A DNA stretch of 41,142 bases from an uncultured archaeon (GTDB lineage: Archaea; Asgardarchaeota; Heimdallarchaeia; Heimdallarchaeales; Kariarchaeaceae). Under the pieces are notes generated by a model. The model did no database searches and was not told where the DNA came from. It worked only from the letters and a program-made list of their open reading frames with translations. The DNA is taken from NCBI GenBank assembly GCA_964645535.1, contig CAZYCQ010000031.1, positions 1 through 41,142 on the forward strand, in the 5' to 3' direction. Both the position numbers and the translations under genes were made by a program. This document shows, in pieces, positions 38,801-41,142 of this stretch; positions within the stretch are counted from its first letter, which is position 1, and the number at the start of each line of letters is the position of its first letter.

Positions 38801-38999
38801 CATGAGGTTCTATGTGTATGGCCAAGATACAACAACGGAATCTTCGACCTCAACCACCACAACAACGACGACAACATCCACGGAAACAAACACAACATCG
38901 AGTGAAACAGAAAGCAGTCCGGTTTCAATCGAAATTGTCCTTTTGGCATTTGCCTTTACTGTTTTTGCAATTCCTCGATTCAGAAAAAATCGTCATTAG
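35826..38999 (+). CDS. Membrane-anchored S8 subtilase with site-1-protease-like architecture
   Basis: Signal peptide; triad VVDNG / GHGT / GTSFSSP; SAGNSG; GIFT/DUF4350-like domain ~37530-38250; Ig-like region; Thr-rich linker; TM plus basic tail. Confidence 0.88.
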   Translation: MHQMVKKGNICLFLGVLLIGSLFFFTSTSLVNVNASPKILQEDHFISPDWDQTNQQIQTQLKQAVEKQDAWKNLIENYGSGKIQDRYLIFAANERELEMLQMLQVDTLYPNLRAAKVFLSPEEASLARTVFTRGVFNAEAVENTIMYTQAYRQVEVPPTFRTNAYEDADLMNVVPLWEMGYNGTGVLVGVVDNGVNFDHPALAHAFHSYEVFAPPEYPGTKGHGTPVAGTIAADGTGAEPNATVGLGTAFGAKIAAAELGSIGTNGVIGDFVGAFDYMIGLGEVDVINFSIGGPINWLEPVLIRMEEANIVFVTSAGNSGTGGSAVLDPYTVGGPGSSNHAIAVGATTHSLTLASFSSEGPGDLGVQKPDVVAPGVNIYSTSASGGWNLNSGTSFSSPLTAGAIATVISGLEANGVNWTVGVIKAALRKTATDIGLRTTQQGEGFVNAKAMFDYLMSLPRDANGVPKAFDVGPKEGPLTTYTKIPLDVVTSVPLLAYTSFIDEINFTLSGNVTQFLTLDIPSPTDEGSYKIWLNADTLNNNITEGTYVGTLYATLENDTITIPLEFTILPPPKGRIYIDNYYTVFDEYEAIGQSSLFMGTAISNLILDGFWVQEFNVPFNATTASNFDVVWFFSPFGDDAGSGFFSGTLDQTAINEYQSYINGGGSVFITLLSPKEPDELEYDGTDEDVASVNSLIEPFGITMPSTIDDDAADVQRTANIVDGNRTILGRHATEISTKGFPLTLSGNARPIAADEDGNVIIAANSAPGRGRVVVTSSNDWFSSEYLSSSNKAPNAVDFVKDLFDYLVLDAQVELISETNTHDLLDVTVQVFENNTPVSSQPSIKILDNDLVSGITPNVTDLGNGTFRIVVEFTVEGIYTLQIALGNEYLVIRGMKDVTGPEITTQRAQDLNFSRQTSIILYRFSVQDPLSGVDLNSIEVTIDNMTNGFTVSIDDKTNQVFVTFSASIVDLSLPEHHLVVRAKDLYGNLSELDMRFYVYGQDTTTESSTSTTTTTTTTSTETNTTSSETESSPVSIEIVLLAFAFTVFAIPRFRKNRH

Positions 39000-39069
39000 T
39001 TTGCTAAAATAATCCCTTTAAGTTCTACAATCATCAAAAAAACTTCTCAAAGAAGAAAAACAATCAATT

Positions 39070-39106
39070 TCTTTGATATGAAATCCGATCTTTGATATGA
39101 AATACA
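39070..39106. repeat. Short tandem repeat, 19-bp period, two copies
   Basis: TCTTTGATATGAAAT at 39070-39084 and 39089-39103. Confidence 0.7.
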
Positions 39107-39278
39107 ATCTGAAACCCTCATTCAAATTGTGAATGGCAAGCGACATTTTTTGCGTTTAGTGTGGATTAAGCGCAGAAATGACCACATCTCAAATTTCTTT
39201 GGAAACAAGGCAGATCAAGAAAAATTTTGCACACCACTAATGACATTGCCTATGGTTCCAATGCAACTGATATCTCCA

Positions 39279-40427
39279 TTAGTCCTTTCGGATATCTGAA
39301 GAGGAAACAAGAGCGAGAATGAAGAACACCACTGCAAGACCTAAAATCACTGAAAATTCCAACCATAATTGTTCAATTCCCCAGCCGCGTAGCATGATCC
39401 CTTCAAAAATTCGGATTCCGTAGGTTAACGGAATGAATTTTGAAATGAAGGCAATTGATGGAGGAAATGTAGATACAGGAAGTATCATTCCTGAAAGCGC
39501 CAATGATGGTATTGCTATAAGAACAGCCATTTGAACCGATTGAAACTCATTCTTGGCAAAATTAGAAAGAAGGAATGCGAGGAAGATATGTGAAATACCG
39601 TATAAAAATCCAGCAACGAAGAGAAGTCCCAAACTCCCATGGATTGTCGCACCAAACACATAAATTGCGATGGTCAGGACAATGATCGTTTCAATCAATG
39701 CCAAAAAAGTCAGTGCAATGACATATCCCAATATTCGTTCAATGGGGGTCAATGGAGTCGTGAACAGACGTGTTTTCGTATGACTCACATCCTCCCGTAT
39801 TGCAGTCAGGACAGAGATGAGCAAAATCAGAAATGTAAGGATATAGCCCATCACAGCAGGAATGGAAACATCCAACCCCGACAATTCCCCGACACCATAT
39901 GCAGGATGCTCCTCAAATTGCACACCTCCCTCTGCAAGATCTCCCAAAGCATCTGCAATTGCCTGATAGACCGCGGCCTTCAACTGGGGTTTTGTTCCAT
40001 CAAAATAGACAATTATTGTTGCATTGCCTGTTGCAAGGAGATCTTCGGTGAAATTTTCAGGAATAAGAATTGAAGCCTCAATCTCAGCTTTTTCAACCAA
40101 ATCAATACCCTCCTGATAATTGTCGCCAACGATATTCACATTCTCATGACCTTCCAACCCATCCACAATTGTATCGCCGAAAACCGTGACCTTATTCGTA
40201 AAAGGGTTGGTTACCCCCTTATCCTGATTTTCAACCACTATAGGAACATTGTTGATATCCCCAGAGAGAACAATCCCAAAGATGAGCATGAAGAGAATGG
40301 GAAATATGACAAGCATGGCCACTGTCCTATGATCCCGACGGAACTGTTTCAGAACACGGGTTGCCAAAGCTGTAACCCGATATAGTGCAAAATGACGATG
40401 TCTAGTTTTCATTGGTACCATCTCCAC
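39279..40427 (-). CDS. ABC-2 type transporter permease
   Basis: QFRRDHRT, an extracellular loop, RED...RLFTTP, LSGMILPV and FIPLTY; about 6 TM segments. Confidence 0.92.
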   Translation of the reverse strand: MEMVPMKTRHRHFALYRVTALATRVLKQFRRDHRTVAMLVIFPILFMLIFGIVLSGDINNVPIVVENQDKGVTNPFTNKVTVFGDTIVDGLEGHENVNIVGDNYQEGIDLVEKAEIEASILIPENFTEDLLATGNATIIVYFDGTKPQLKAAVYQAIADALGDLAEGGVQFEEHPAYGVGELSGLDVSIPAVMGYILTFLILLISVLTAIREDVSHTKTRLFTTPLTPIERILGYVIALTFLALIETIIVLTIAIYVFGATIHGSLGLLFVAGFLYGISHIFLAFLLSNFAKNEFQSVQMAVLIAIPSLALSGMILPVSTFPPSIAFISKFIPLTYGIRIFEGIMLRGWGIEQLWLEFSVILGLAVVFFILALVSSSDIRKD

Positions 40428-41142
40428 TGAGTTTTATGAAAAGTTCCTCAACATTTTTCACCTGATGCCTTTGCAGAAGTTCAGAAGGAGTTCCTTCCTC
40501 GATGAGCCGTCCTTCACGCATCAGACCAATCCTGTCTGCTTTCTCTGCTTCGTCCATCACATGGCTTGTTACCAGAATGGTCTTACCTTCATTTCTCAGC
40601 GATTTGAAAAAATCCCAGAAATAAGCCCGTAAGATCGGATCAACACCCACCGTTGCCTCATCGAAGAGAATCAATTCTGGAGAATGGATCAAAGCACATG
40701 CAATACTGACACGACGTTTCATCCCACCTGAAAGATGTTCACAGGTTGTATCGCGTTTCTCCTCCAGTTTCAAGATCTTGAGCAATCTGGATCCTTCATC
40801 CTCGATCTCCTGCTTGCTCATCCCGTACAGTCGTCCAAAAAAGCTGATATTTTCCCAGACACTCAAGTCAAGATATATGGAGTATTCCTGTGGGGCAACC
40901 CCTATCAATTGGGAAAGTTTCCTCCTTTCCTTCGGAATATCAAGTCCCAATACTTTCACCCGTCCTGATGTGGGCCTCAGCACTCCGCTAATGATATCAA
41001 TCGTAGTTGACTTTCCGCTTCCATTTGCTCCAATAAAGGCATAGATCTCTCCCTTACGAACCTTAAGATCAATTCCACGAACTGCCTTTACGGTACCTTT
41101 CAAATAATTCTTGACAAGATTATGGGTTTCGATGGCATATTC
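40402..41142 (-). CDS. ABC transporter ATP-binding protein (5' end beyond the window)
   Basis: GANGSGKS, LSGGMKRR, ILFDE and TSH motifs. The frame stays open to the window edge (EYAIETHNLVKNYLKG...). Confidence 0.95.
   Translation of the reverse strand, partial: EYAIETHNLVKNYLKGTVKAVRGIDLKVRKGEIYAFIGANGSGKSTTIDIISGVLRPTSGRVKVLGLDIPKERRKLSQLIGVAPQEYSIYLDLSVWENISFFGRLYGMSKQEIEDEGSRLLKILKLEEKRDTTCEHLSGGMKRRVSIACALIHSPELILFDEATVGVDPILRAYFWDFFKSLRNEGKTILVTSHVMDEAEKADRIGLMREGRLIEEGTPSELLQRHQVKNVEELFIKLSGDGTNEN

Noticed and set aside
39129-39299. 56-aa GTG ORF in the convergent gap
   Set aside because: No SD or motif, and it overlaps the permease end.
3786-41044. Many 60-170 aa ORFs nested in or antisense to the main genes
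   Set aside because: Shadow ORFs of well-supported CDSs, with no independent motifs.

Overview
A gene-dense, AT-rich archaeal chromosomal segment, most likely from an Asgard archaeon of the Heimdallarchaeia type. This is an inference from the archaeal/eukaryote-type LeuRS, type-2 IPP isomerase, PAC2 chaperone, RING protein, longin/uDENN-like domains, TPR protein and Thr-linker/Pro/TM/basic C-terminal sorting tails. There are about 35 credible CDSs. No rRNA, tRNA, CRISPR array or mobile element was recognised. The best candidate for an undescribed system is a divergent carotenoid cluster (crtY-crtI <- -> crtB) followed by a CarH-like adenosylcobalamin photoreceptor. It keeps the W-x9-EH and D-x-H B12 motifs but has an archaeal-style winged-helix in place of MerR, and candidate TGTTCATGAACA-type operator palindromes cover the shared promoter. 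Other highlights: a membrane-anchored subtilase with the domain order of eukaryotic site-1 protease (MBTPS1); two paralogous ~7TM proteins fused to a longin/uDENN-like domain; a tail-anchored RING protein head-to-head with PAC2; a structured leuS leader; and a secreted subtilase with very recent internal domain duplications. All family assignments are by eye from motifs, with no database search.
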